NCBI GenBank assembly: GCA_045563315.1
Contig: JBJKUD010000023.1
Location: 914 to 64,913, forward strand
Direction: 5' to 3'
Length of the DNA: 64,000 nucleotides
Source: Candidatus Actinomarina sp.
GTDB lineage: Bacteria > Actinomycetota > Acidimicrobiia > Actinomarinales > Actinomarinaceae
Position numbers and translations under genes: made by a program. How positions within the stretch are numbered: the first letter of the stretch is position 1; each line of letters begins with the position of its first letter. Shown here in pieces: positions 52,128-60,518 of the stretch. The notes beneath the pieces were generated by a model, which was given only the letters and a program-made list of their open reading frames with translations, did not search any database and was not told the DNA's origin.

Positions 52128-52955
52128 ATGAAAAATGTATTTAAAAGAGGTCTGCAATTATTAACATTATTTTCTTCAAATAATGACAATATGAGCACAG
52201 ATTTTATTAAAGATAATATATTAGACTATCGAGAATTAGGTGATTCTGCTTTTAAACGCTCTTTTGAAAGAGATAAAGCCCTGTTAAAAGAAATGGGTTA
52301 TTTGATTGAATTTGTAAATGATAAATGGAAACTTTCAGACGGTTATTCAATATTAGGAACAAGAATCATTGAAGAAATTAAAAAAAGTGAAAAAATTGAT
52401 ACTGATAGATTTATTAGTGTTTATCAATTGATCAAACAATACTTTAATTTAAATTATGAGTTTGAAAAACAAAATATAAATATTTCAAAAATTTTACAAG
52501 CAATTAATGAAAAAAGACGTATATCTTATAAGTACAACACATCCATCAGAAAAGTATATCCTTTAGGTCTTAGGCAATATGACGGTCAATGGTACCTGGG
52601 AGTTAATGAAAATTCTATATTTAAAACATTTAAATTAAACAACATAGAAGATTTAAAAATTGGCTCAATACCTGATTTGCATAATTTAGAAAATATTAAA
52701 ATTAATTTTTCATGGGAAGAAAGCGTTACTCCCACATCACTAATTATTAAATTAAACGAAGATAGCTATATTGTTAATAAAAATAAATTTAATCATAAAG
52801 TCAAAAACAAAAATATAAATCAAGAAATTCTAACGATTGAGTTAGAAACATTCGACCTTCAAGGTTTAATACAATTTTTGCTTTTGACAGAAAGTGAGAT
52901 AATAAAAATTTCAGATACTGAAAAAAATAAATTATTGGAATATATAAATGAATAA
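52128..52955 (+). CDS. pafB: WYL-domain transcriptional regulator PafB-like
   Basis: N-terminal wHTH with the FERDK motif characteristic of PafB/PafC (AFKRSFERDKALLKEMGY), and a central WYL motif (DGQWYLGV). Confidence 0.7.
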   Translation: MKNVFKRGLQLLTLFSSNNDNMSTDFIKDNILDYRELGDSAFKRSFERDKALLKEMGYLIEFVNDKWKLSDGYSILGTRIIEEIKKSEKIDTDRFISVYQLIKQYFNLNYEFEKQNINISKILQAINEKRRISYKYNTSIRKVYPLGLRQYDGQWYLGVNENSIFKTFKLNNIEDLKIGSIPDLHNLENIKINFSWEESVTPTSLIIKLNEDSYIVNKNKFNHKVKNKNINQEILTIELETFDLQGLIQFLLLTESEIIKISDTEKNKLLEYINE

Positions 52956-53802
52956 TAAATTAAAACTTCAAGATTTTACTTTTTTAATAAATGTAATTAA
53001 AAATCAGAAAATTTGGAACATACCAGAACTTGTTAACAAGCTAAATACAGATGTTAACACTCTTATATATATGCTAAATATTATGTCTGAGGTATATTCT
53101 GTAAATGGTGAAAACTTTATTGATTTTGATATTGATTTAACTAAAAATATTGTCTCTTTTGATTATTCAGTTGAATTAAAAGACCTAGAAACAATCACTG
53201 ATTTTGAACTGTTTAAGATTTATAATCTTATGATCAGTAAAGATAAAATAAATATTAATAATATAAAAAAAGCCGACCTCGATTTTCTTGTTAATACTTT
53301 AGAAATGTTTTTTGATGAAAAAGGAAGTATAAATAAAGATGATTATCTTTCAATCTTTTTAGACAATGAAATAAATATTGAATATATGAAAATAGGGAGA
53401 TCAAAATTAGGTACCTACTCAATAAAACCTATATCTCTCTCTAATAATGCTGATGGAAATGTTCTAGAAGCTATTGATTTACTTGATAATAAGGTTAAAA
53501 CTTTTCTAGTAAATAGGATTTTATCCGTAGACGATATCGATTTAAGTAAGTCCAAAGAGAAAGATAAATCTAAAAATATCGATGTTAAATTCAATATTTA
53601 TTCTGAAAAATCTATAAGTAAATTAAATAAAGATAAACTCAAGGTGAACGATGATATTTATTCATATTTATTCAGAGATTATTACGTAGCAATGGAATAT
53701 TTTTTCGAAAATTTTAAAGATGTAGAAATTGTCTCTCCTAAAAATTTAAAAGATGAAATTGATAAAAGGATTAACAAACTTAAAGTTATGGTGAGTAAAT
53801 GA
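52948..53802 (+). CDS. pafC: WYL-domain regulator PafC-like (partner of PafB)
   Basis: Overlaps pafB (ATGA); degenerate WYL-like segment (VKTFLVNRILSVDDI); immediately followed by tatA-tatC as in mycobacterial pafABC-tatAC. Confidence 0.55.
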   Translation: MNNKLKLQDFTFLINVIKNQKIWNIPELVNKLNTDVNTLIYMLNIMSEVYSVNGENFIDFDIDLTKNIVSFDYSVELKDLETITDFELFKIYNLMISKDKININNIKKADLDFLVNTLEMFFDEKGSINKDDYLSIFLDNEINIEYMKIGRSKLGTYSIKPISLSNNADGNVLEAIDLLDNKVKTFLVNRILSVDDIDLSKSKEKDKSKNIDVKFNIYSEKSISKLNKDKLKVNDDIYSYLFRDYYVAMEYFFENFKDVEIVSPKNLKDEIDKRINKLKVMVSK

Positions 53803-53972
53803 GCTTAATTGAACTCGTCCTAATAATATTTATTTCAGTTGGTATATTAGACAAAAAAAAATTAAAGAAATATTTAGACATATTTTCTGATTTTAATAAA
53901 GGACCAACTAGAAAAATAATTGGAGATAGTAGTTTAAATGAAAATTGGAAATGGATTGGCGAAGAAGAGTAA
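53799..53972 (+). CDS. tatA: Sec-independent translocase TatA/E-like small protein (57 aa; not in the ORF track)
   Basis: ATG overlaps the pafC stop (ATGA); N-terminal TM helix then G and KKKLKK amphipathic region; stop TAA overlaps the ATG of tatC (TAATG). Conserved pafC-tatA-tatC order. Confidence 0.5.
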   Translation: MSLIELVLIIFISVGILDKKKLKKYLDIFSDFNKGPTRKIIGDSSLNENWKWIGEEE

Positions 53973-54670
53973 TGCGCAAGTCATTTTTTGAACACCTTAA
54001 AGAATTAAATTTAAGAATTATTATTTCTTTTGCATTAATTTTTCTTTTTTCTATTTTTGTTTATCTTAGATATACATTTTTTATTGAGATATTAAATGAG
54101 CCACTTGTAGTTGCAGGATATGATCAATCAAACATATTTGCATTGACGATCTATGAAGGTTTTCAAGTAAAGATTACAAATGTTTTTTTAATATCACTTG
54201 TTTTACTTCTACCATTGACGATTCTTAATCTAAATTTCTTTTTTAAACCAGCCTTAATTGATTCAACATGGTTTTCCTTTATACTTTACAATTTGTTTTT
54301 TACAGTTTTTTATTATCTTGGTGTTTACACTGCTATTAATTTGAGCTCCTATGGAATTGAATTTTTACTCTCATTTAATGAAAATGAAGTTATTCTTAGA
54401 TCCCAAAATTATTATCAATTTATAATACGATTGACATTTTTATTTGCAATTACGTTCCAACTTCCATTGATTACATTATTTTTACTAAATAAAAAAATAT
54501 TAAATATTCAACTTTTAACAAACAACAGACCTGAACTTTTTATTTTTATATTAGTATTGTCAGCAATAGTAACTCCTACCGGTGACCCTTTGACCCTGTT
54601 TGCTTTTACTTTACCTTTATATTTACTAATGGAAATCATAATATTTATACATAAAAAAATTTCAAAGTGA
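53972..54670 (+). CDS. tatC: Sec-independent translocase TatC (ATG 53972 preferred over TTG 53945)
   Basis: 6-TM TatC; N-terminus MRKSFFEHLKELNLRII fits the TatC consensus. Confidence 0.9.
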   Translation: MRKSFFEHLKELNLRIIISFALIFLFSIFVYLRYTFFIEILNEPLVVAGYDQSNIFALTIYEGFQVKITNVFLISLVLLLPLTILNLNFFFKPALIDSTWFSFILYNLFFTVFYYLGVYTAINLSSYGIEFLLSFNENEVILRSQNYYQFIIRLTFLFAITFQLPLITLFLLNKKILNIQLLTNNRPELFIFILVLSAIVTPTGDPLTLFAFTLPLYLLMEIIIFIHKKISK

Positions 54671-56532
54671 GTTTTGAATTAGATCCTTTTCAACTCAAAG
54701 CTATTGAATCTTTATATAAAAACTTAAATGTACTTGTTACAGCACCTACTGGTGCAGGTAAAACAATAATTGCAGAAAGAGGAATAGAAGAATACTTAAA
54801 TAAAGGAAATAGAATAATTTACACAACCCCAATAAAAGCTTTATCTAACCAAAAATATCATGACTTTTTAAATTCCGGAATCGATACAGGTCTTCTAACA
54901 GGAGACCGTAATGAAAATCCAGAAGCTGGCTTGATAATAGCGACAACTGAAATATTAAGAAACATGATATTTTCTAACGACGAAAGAATTAATGATATTG
55001 GCTTGGTAGTCCTTGATGAAGTTCATTATTTAGCCGACAAGGAACGGGGATCTACGTGGGAAGAAATTATTATTCATTTGCCTAAAGAGATTAAACTACT
55101 TTGTTTATCTGCGACGATTGGAAATGAAAAAGAATTTTTAAATTGGATAGTGTCTCAGAGGGGTCCTACAGACTTAGTTCAATCAAATATCCGTCCAGTT
55201 CCTCTTGAAATATCTTTGATAACAGCATTTAAAGATGATGAACGTATATCAGCCATTAAAAGTACAGAAGATAAGAGAAATAAACCAATATTTAAATTAG
55301 ATAAAAAGTTTAAAAGATTTAGAAAACCATCTTTATCCGATCAAATTTCATACCTTATTAACAAAAAGGCAACACCATGTATTTTATTTTATTTTTCTCG
55401 TGAAAAAGTAGAAAATAAAGCAAGGTATGCAGCAAACTTAAATTTTAAAATTAATAAAAACCATCGGTTAAAGGAGGAATTTGAAAATATATTTGATGAC
55501 ATTACCCAAGAAGAGTATCAACTTTTGAATTTAGATGAACTTTATTGGATGTGGTCAAGGGGTGTTGCGTATCATCATGCTGGTTTGGCGCCTATTGTTA
55601 AAGAATTTGTTGAATATTTGTTTATTAACAAACACATAGATATTCTTTTTGCAACAGAAACCCTTTCTTTAGGAATCAACATGCCAGCAAAATCAATTAT
55701 TATTGATTCATCATTTAAATTCGACGGGTTAAAAACAAGATTAATTTCAAAATCAGAATTTTTACAACTTACTGGCAGAGCTGGTAGAAGGGGAATTGAC
55801 TCAAAAGGATATGCGTACATAAATTATGATGTAAGGGTTGATAACAGTTGGTATAACGACTTATTTGATCTGAAACCTAATAAATTGAAATCCTCTTATT
55901 CAAATTCATATGGATCAGTACTAAATTTAAATAATAAATACGGAGAAAAGCAAGGTTTAGAAATGATAAAAAAAAGTTTTTACTCTTATCAAAATAAAAT
56001 AAATAATAAAGCATTAGAGACAAACTATATTGCAAAGTTGAAAGTTTTAGATGAATTGATGTACTTTACAGATCTAAAAAAGAATAAATTATTAACTGAA
56101 ACACACAGAGACAATTTGATATTAGGAATTGAGTTACTGTTTGACAATAGTGAAATTGAATTTTGCCTTATGTTTCTTGCTTCTGGAATATCAACATCAA
56201 AATATGAAATATCAATTCATGATAAATACAATTCTTTATTTACTAAATTTTTAATTACACAAGAAAAAATAAATAAATTAGAGGCATTAAATGGCGTAAA
56301 AAATAAAATGAATTTAGATGTTACTTGGTTCAGCATCTTTTTAGAATTCTATAATTCTAATAATATTGAATACACATTAAGTAAATTTAATATAACACTG
56401 GGGGATTTTATAAAAGCTTGTAGGGAAGCATCAGAAATTTCACAAAAAGTTTATTCCATTTATCAAATCGAAAACTTTGATAAAATTTCAAAAAAATTTA
56501 AAAATAATATTATTCAAAAGACGATGTTATGA
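54667..56532 (+). CDS. helY: Ski2-like DEAD/DEAH-box RNA helicase (HelY-like, short form)
   Basis: Motif I APTGAGKT, motif II DEVH, SAT, QLTGRAGRRG; conserved position after tatC. Confidence 0.85.
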   Translation: MSFELDPFQLKAIESLYKNLNVLVTAPTGAGKTIIAERGIEEYLNKGNRIIYTTPIKALSNQKYHDFLNSGIDTGLLTGDRNENPEAGLIIATTEILRNMIFSNDERINDIGLVVLDEVHYLADKERGSTWEEIIIHLPKEIKLLCLSATIGNEKEFLNWIVSQRGPTDLVQSNIRPVPLEISLITAFKDDERISAIKSTEDKRNKPIFKLDKKFKRFRKPSLSDQISYLINKKATPCILFYFSREKVENKARYAANLNFKINKNHRLKEEFENIFDDITQEEYQLLNLDELYWMWSRGVAYHHAGLAPIVKEFVEYLFINKHIDILFATETLSLGINMPAKSIIIDSSFKFDGLKTRLISKSEFLQLTGRAGRRGIDSKGYAYINYDVRVDNSWYNDLFDLKPNKLKSSYSNSYGSVLNLNNKYGEKQGLEMIKKSFYSYQNKINNKALETNYIAKLKVLDELMYFTDLKKNKLLTETHRDNLILGIELLFDNSEIEFCLMFLASGISTSKYEISIHDKYNSLFTKFLITQEKINKLEALNGVKNKMNLDVTWFSIFLEFYNSNNIEYTLSKFNITLGDFIKACREASEISQKVYSIYQIENFDKISKKFKNNIIQKTML

Positions 56533-57401
56533 AGAAATATATTGTCATTCATAATAAAAATTCAAGAGGTAAAAAACTATTAAAAAGTGAAATTGAAAAA
56601 TTATTTATTAGTCATAATTTAAGTGCAATTGTATATCAAACATCTGAATCATCAAAAGTTGGTGAAATAGTATTAACCCATAAAGAGGATAATGTTATTT
56701 ACTGCGCAATTGGTGGAGATGGAACACTCAGTAATTTAATTGATCATTTATTAAAAAATAATATACATGAACCCGAAGTTGCCTGTCTTCCTTCAGGTAG
56801 CGGCTCTGATTTTATGAGAACATTCGCATTTCCAAAAAATATAAATGATGGTATTAAAAGGCTTAAAAAAGATCAAAATTACAAAATTGATGTAGCTTTT
56901 ATAAGTTCAACGAATAAAAATAGATATTTTGTAAATGTTTTAAATTATGGCTTTTTAGCTGATACAGTTCATACAAGCGAAAACCTTCCGAGAATGTTTA
57001 AAAGATTTAGATACCCTTTTAGTTTTTGGTTAAAACTTCTACCTGCCAAAAGTAAGTTATTCGAAATTGAGAATGATAAATTTAATTTTAAAAACGTAGC
57101 TTTTAATGTATCAATATGTAATGGACAATTTTTTGGTGGTGGTTGGAACATTTCACCAAAATCAAGCTTACAGGATGGATTATTAAATATTCAAATTTTT
57201 AAAGTATCAAAACTTAAAGCTATGAAGTTATTTTTTCTTGCTAAAAAGGGACTTCATTTAACTGAACCAGATGTAATTTTAAAAAAATCAAATAATTTAT
57301 CACTTTTAACACCAAACACAATTGAAGTAGATGGAGATTATTTTGATCAAGGCCCTGCTGATATTATTGTTAAAAAACAAGCTATATTATTAAAAATTTA
57401 G
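56529..57401 (+). CDS. Diacylglycerol/lipid kinase catalytic-domain protein (DAGK_cat, YegS/BmrU-like)
   Basis: GGDGT motif (CAIGGDGTLSNL) and C-terminal lipid-kinase beta-sandwich region. Confidence 0.75.
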   Translation: MKKYIVIHNKNSRGKKLLKSEIEKLFISHNLSAIVYQTSESSKVGEIVLTHKEDNVIYCAIGGDGTLSNLIDHLLKNNIHEPEVACLPSGSGSDFMRTFAFPKNINDGIKRLKKDQNYKIDVAFISSTNKNRYFVNVLNYGFLADTVHTSENLPRMFKRFRYPFSFWLKLLPAKSKLFEIENDKFNFKNVAFNVSICNGQFFGGGWNISPKSSLQDGLLNIQIFKVSKLKAMKLFFLAKKGLHLTEPDVILKKSNNLSLLTPNTIEVDGDYFDQGPADIIVKKQAILLKI

Positions 57402-57431
57402 TATTATTCTTACAGAAATTTAAGGAGAAAC

Positions 57432-57788
57432 ATGGCTGAAAAGGATATTGAAGAAATAGAAGAGCCTACCATGGAAGATCTCGAAGAAGATTCAGATGAA
57501 AATGAGACCCCTGCTGAAGAAGAAGAAAAAGAAGAAGTAGAGACGGAATCGTTAGAAGCTCGAGTTGAAACTGAAAAAAAATCAGTCGATGATAATGATG
57601 AAGCTGAAGGATCATTTATGTCAGTAGATGCAGCTGAAAAAAGAAATGTAAAAAAATCTGATTTAAAATTGGATGAAACTGCAGAAGATATACAAGCAGA
57701 TGAATTTACTTGTAGCGTATGTTTTCTAGTTTTAAAAAATACTCAGCTTGAAAAACCGAGAGCTAAGGTATGTTCGGATTGTGCATGA
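57432..57788 (+). CDS. Highly acidic protein with C-terminal CxxC...CxxC zinc ribbon (DUF4193-like, actinobacterial)
   Basis: Strong SD AAGGAG; about 55% D/E in the N-terminal 100 aa; C-terminus ADEFTCSVCFLVLKNTQLEKPRAKVCSDCA matches the DUF4193 pattern as I recall it. Confidence 0.6.
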   Translation: MAEKDIEEIEEPTMEDLEEDSDENETPAEEEEKEEVETESLEARVETEKKSVDDNDEAEGSFMSVDAAEKRNVKKSDLKLDETAEDIQADEFTCSVCFLVLKNTQLEKPRAKVCSDCA

Positions 57789-58242
57789 ATTCAAATTTCA
57801 AGATTTTGGTTTAAACTTTCAAATATTAGAAAAAAGTAAATCTCCAACACAGCTCCAAAAAATTTTTGTTAACGAAATAAAGAACATTGATCCAGTATTG
57901 TTTAAATATTATCAAAATTTTATAAAAAGTTTTCATTCGATATATTTTGTTTTATCAATGGAAAATTCAAATAATAAAGAAGTTGGGTACGCAAGGATTG
58001 TAATCGATGAGTTTTATTGGAATCTATATGAAATTTTTATTGAAAATGATTTAAGAGAACTTGGATTAGGGACTTATCTTTTCGAATACATAAATAATTT
58101 ATCACAATCAAAGAAAGCAGATATTAGAACTTATGCATTACCTAGTGATAGACAAGCAAAAAACTTCTATGAAAGCAATTCAATAACGGCAAAACTTTTA
58201 ATTATGGAGAGAAAACGTGAGCACAATCGCTACAGACCTTGA
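57748..58242 (+). CDS. GNAT-family N-acetyltransferase (TTG start as called; true start uncertain)
   Basis: Motif A RELGLGTYL; overlaps the preceding gene by 41 nt. Confidence 0.55.
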   Translation: MKNRELRYVRIVHEFKFQDFGLNFQILEKSKSPTQLQKIFVNEIKNIDPVLFKYYQNFIKSFHSIYFVLSMENSNNKEVGYARIVIDEFYWNLYEIFIENDLRELGLGTYLFEYINNLSQSKKADIRTYALPSDRQAKNFYESNSITAKLLIMERKREHNRYRP

Positions 58243-58978
58243 TGGAACTATTTATCTTAATAATCAAATTATTCCAGGAGTAGTAGATTCATTTTATGAA
58301 CTTGATGAATTTAATTTAAAAGTTATATTTATTACTAATAATAGTTCGCAGACGCCTGAAGAAATCTCTTATAAGCTTGGGAATTTATTATCTAGAGAAA
58401 TTGATATAAATAATATAGTTAGTCCATTAGTTGTATTAAAAAATTTTTTGAATGATCAAAGTACCAATATTTATATTCATGGATCTGATAATTTATTTAA
58501 TTTCGTAAACAATATTAGTGATGTAACTACAGATATAGACGAATCTGAAATGGTATTAATAGGTAGAAAACCAAAATTTACTCAATTAGAAGTAAATAAA
58601 ATAGTAGATGCATACAACAATGGATCAAAAATTTATGCTTTAAATAAGGATTTAACATATCCTATTAATGAATTGGAGTTTGAAGAGGGGAACGGTGCAA
58701 TTGTTAAAGAGATAGAAAGGTTACTTCATATTGAGATCGATTCATTTGGTAAGCCTGATAATTTTTACTCTAATTTTCTTAAAAATAATTTTAAAAATAT
58801 TGCCTACGTTATTGGTGATAGAGTTGACACTGACATACTTTTGGCAAAGGAACTTAATGCTAAGTCATATCTTGTAAGTTCTTCAATACAAAATTTTTTA
58901 GATGAAGAGATTGCAGACTTTAAATTTGATAAATTTTCAGATTGTATATCTTCTATAATTAAAAATTTTGAGAATTAA
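58217..58978 (+). CDS. HAD-superfamily hydrolase, subfamily IIA (NagD-like)
   Basis: Motif I TDLDGTIY, motif IV GDRVDTD; GTG start. Confidence 0.75.
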   Translation: MSTIATDLDGTIYLNNQIIPGVVDSFYELDEFNLKVIFITNNSSQTPEEISYKLGNLLSREIDINNIVSPLVVLKNFLNDQSTNIYIHGSDNLFNFVNNISDVTTDIDESEMVLIGRKPKFTQLEVNKIVDAYNNGSKIYALNKDLTYPINELEFEEGNGAIVKEIERLLHIEIDSFGKPDNFYSNFLKNNFKNIAYVIGDRVDTDILLAKELNAKSYLVSSSIQNFLDEEIADFKFDKFSDCISSIIKNFEN

Positions 58979-59644
58979 ATACCCTACAATAAATCCTCCA
59001 ATGTGTGCTTCCCAGGAAATATTTGTATTTTGTATTGCTATGAAGATTTGTGAAATAAACCAAAAAATCATAAAAAATTTAGCTTTTATTGTAGTTGGAA
59101 ACAAGAACCCAAACGGCACAAGTACTAATAGTTGAGCATTTGGAAACAAATATAGATATGCACCCATTAATGCTGAAACTATTCCTGATGCACCTACTAT
59201 AGGATTTATATCATAGGTATTTAACATTATGTGGGAGAACATACTTACGACACCAGTAAAAATTAAAAATATTATGAATTTTAATTTTCCTAGCTTATCT
59301 TCAATGTTATTTCCAAATATCCAGAAACTCCACAAATTACCAAGTATGTGGACAAAATTTGCATGAAACATGTTTGAAAAAAATAGGCTTAAATATATGT
59401 TCTTATTTTCAAACACAATATTCGAGCTTTTTAATGTACATTGATTGTTGTAATACTGGTCTAAAGATAAAGGTCGATTGTTAAAAACTTCACATGGTAT
59501 TGCTGCAAATTCATAAAAAAAGTTAAATAGCTCACTGGGATCTTTTGGTTGTATTAGAACATAAACCAATATTGAAAGAATTATAAAAATTCTTGAAATT
59601 ACTGGATTATTTTGTGGGGGATTTATATCTGATATTGGTATCAC
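58937..59644 (-). CDS. Rhomboid-family intramembrane serine protease
   Basis: GxSG catalytic motif (GASGIVSALMGAY) in TM4 and catalytic His in TM6 (AHIGGFIVG). Confidence 0.85.
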   Translation of the reverse strand: MIPISDINPPQNNPVISRIFIILSILVYVLIQPKDPSELFNFFYEFAAIPCEVFNNRPLSLDQYYNNQCTLKSSNIVFENKNIYLSLFFSNMFHANFVHILGNLWSFWIFGNNIEDKLGKLKFIIFLIFTGVVSMFSHIMLNTYDINPIVGASGIVSALMGAYLYLFPNAQLLVLVPFGFLFPTTIKAKFFMIFWFISQIFIAIQNTNISWEAHIGGFIVGYLILKIFNYRRYTI

Positions 59645-59680
59645 TTTGTACTCCTGACAAGATACGTATAATATATCCTA

Positions 59681-60481
59681 GTGAAGAATTTATTGATAAT
59701 TTCATCAAAAAAGTATCTATCAAAAAAAATATCAAATGATATATTCAAAATTTTAGATAAAGGTAAATTTAATTACGAAACTCTACAAATAGAAACATTA
59801 GAAGATAAAAATTATAATAATAAAAAAATAGACCTGGTTATAAGTATAGGAGGAGATGGTACTGCATTAAAAGCAATGAGAGTTGCATGGAAATTAAATA
59901 AACCACTAATAAATATTGGCCCAGGAAGACTTGGCTATCTAGTTAGTTCTCCAGATAATTTACAACTCTTACTTAAAAAATGGCAAAGTAGAAATTATGA
60001 ATCCGTTGAGAGGAAAGCAATTATTCAAAATAATGATCGACATTTACCTTCATTTAATGAAGTTGTTATTATTAAAAATTCTCCTACTAGGATTCTTGAT
60101 TTAGAAATCGAAACTTATCAACAAAAGGTAAAATTAAGAGCTGATGGAATTATTCTTTCAACTTCACTTGGTTCAACAGCATATAATTATTCTGCCGGAG
60201 GTCCAATTATTCAAAATGATATCAATGTAATTTCAATTACACCAATATCACCCTTCTCAAAATTTCCAAGATCAATTGTCGTCAATAAAGATACACTTAT
60301 TGATATTTCGATTATTAAAAATCAAAATTATGCAATTCAATTTGATGGTGTGACAGAAATACAACAAAATAATAGTGAAAATTCAAAATATTCATATAGC
60401 CTGTCTAATAAATCAGTAAAAATATTAGGAACAGATAATGATCCAAAGCTTGAATTATTTCTTAATCAAATTTTAAGATAG
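59681..60481 (+). CDS. ppnK: NAD kinase
   Basis: GGDGT motif, NEVVI and DGIILSTSLGSTAYNYSAGGPI motifs. Confidence 0.9.
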   Translation: MKNLLIISSKKYLSKKISNDIFKILDKGKFNYETLQIETLEDKNYNNKKIDLVISIGGDGTALKAMRVAWKLNKPLINIGPGRLGYLVSSPDNLQLLLKKWQSRNYESVERKAIIQNNDRHLPSFNEVVIIKNSPTRILDLEIETYQQKVKLRADGIILSTSLGSTAYNYSAGGPIIQNDINVISITPISPFSKFPRSIVVNKDTLIDISIIKNQNYAIQFDGVTEIQQNNSENSKYSYSLSNKSVKILGTDNDPKLELFLNQILR

Positions 60482-60518
60482 TACTTTCATTTAATTCTTG
60501 ACCTGTTAAAGTTTCAAT

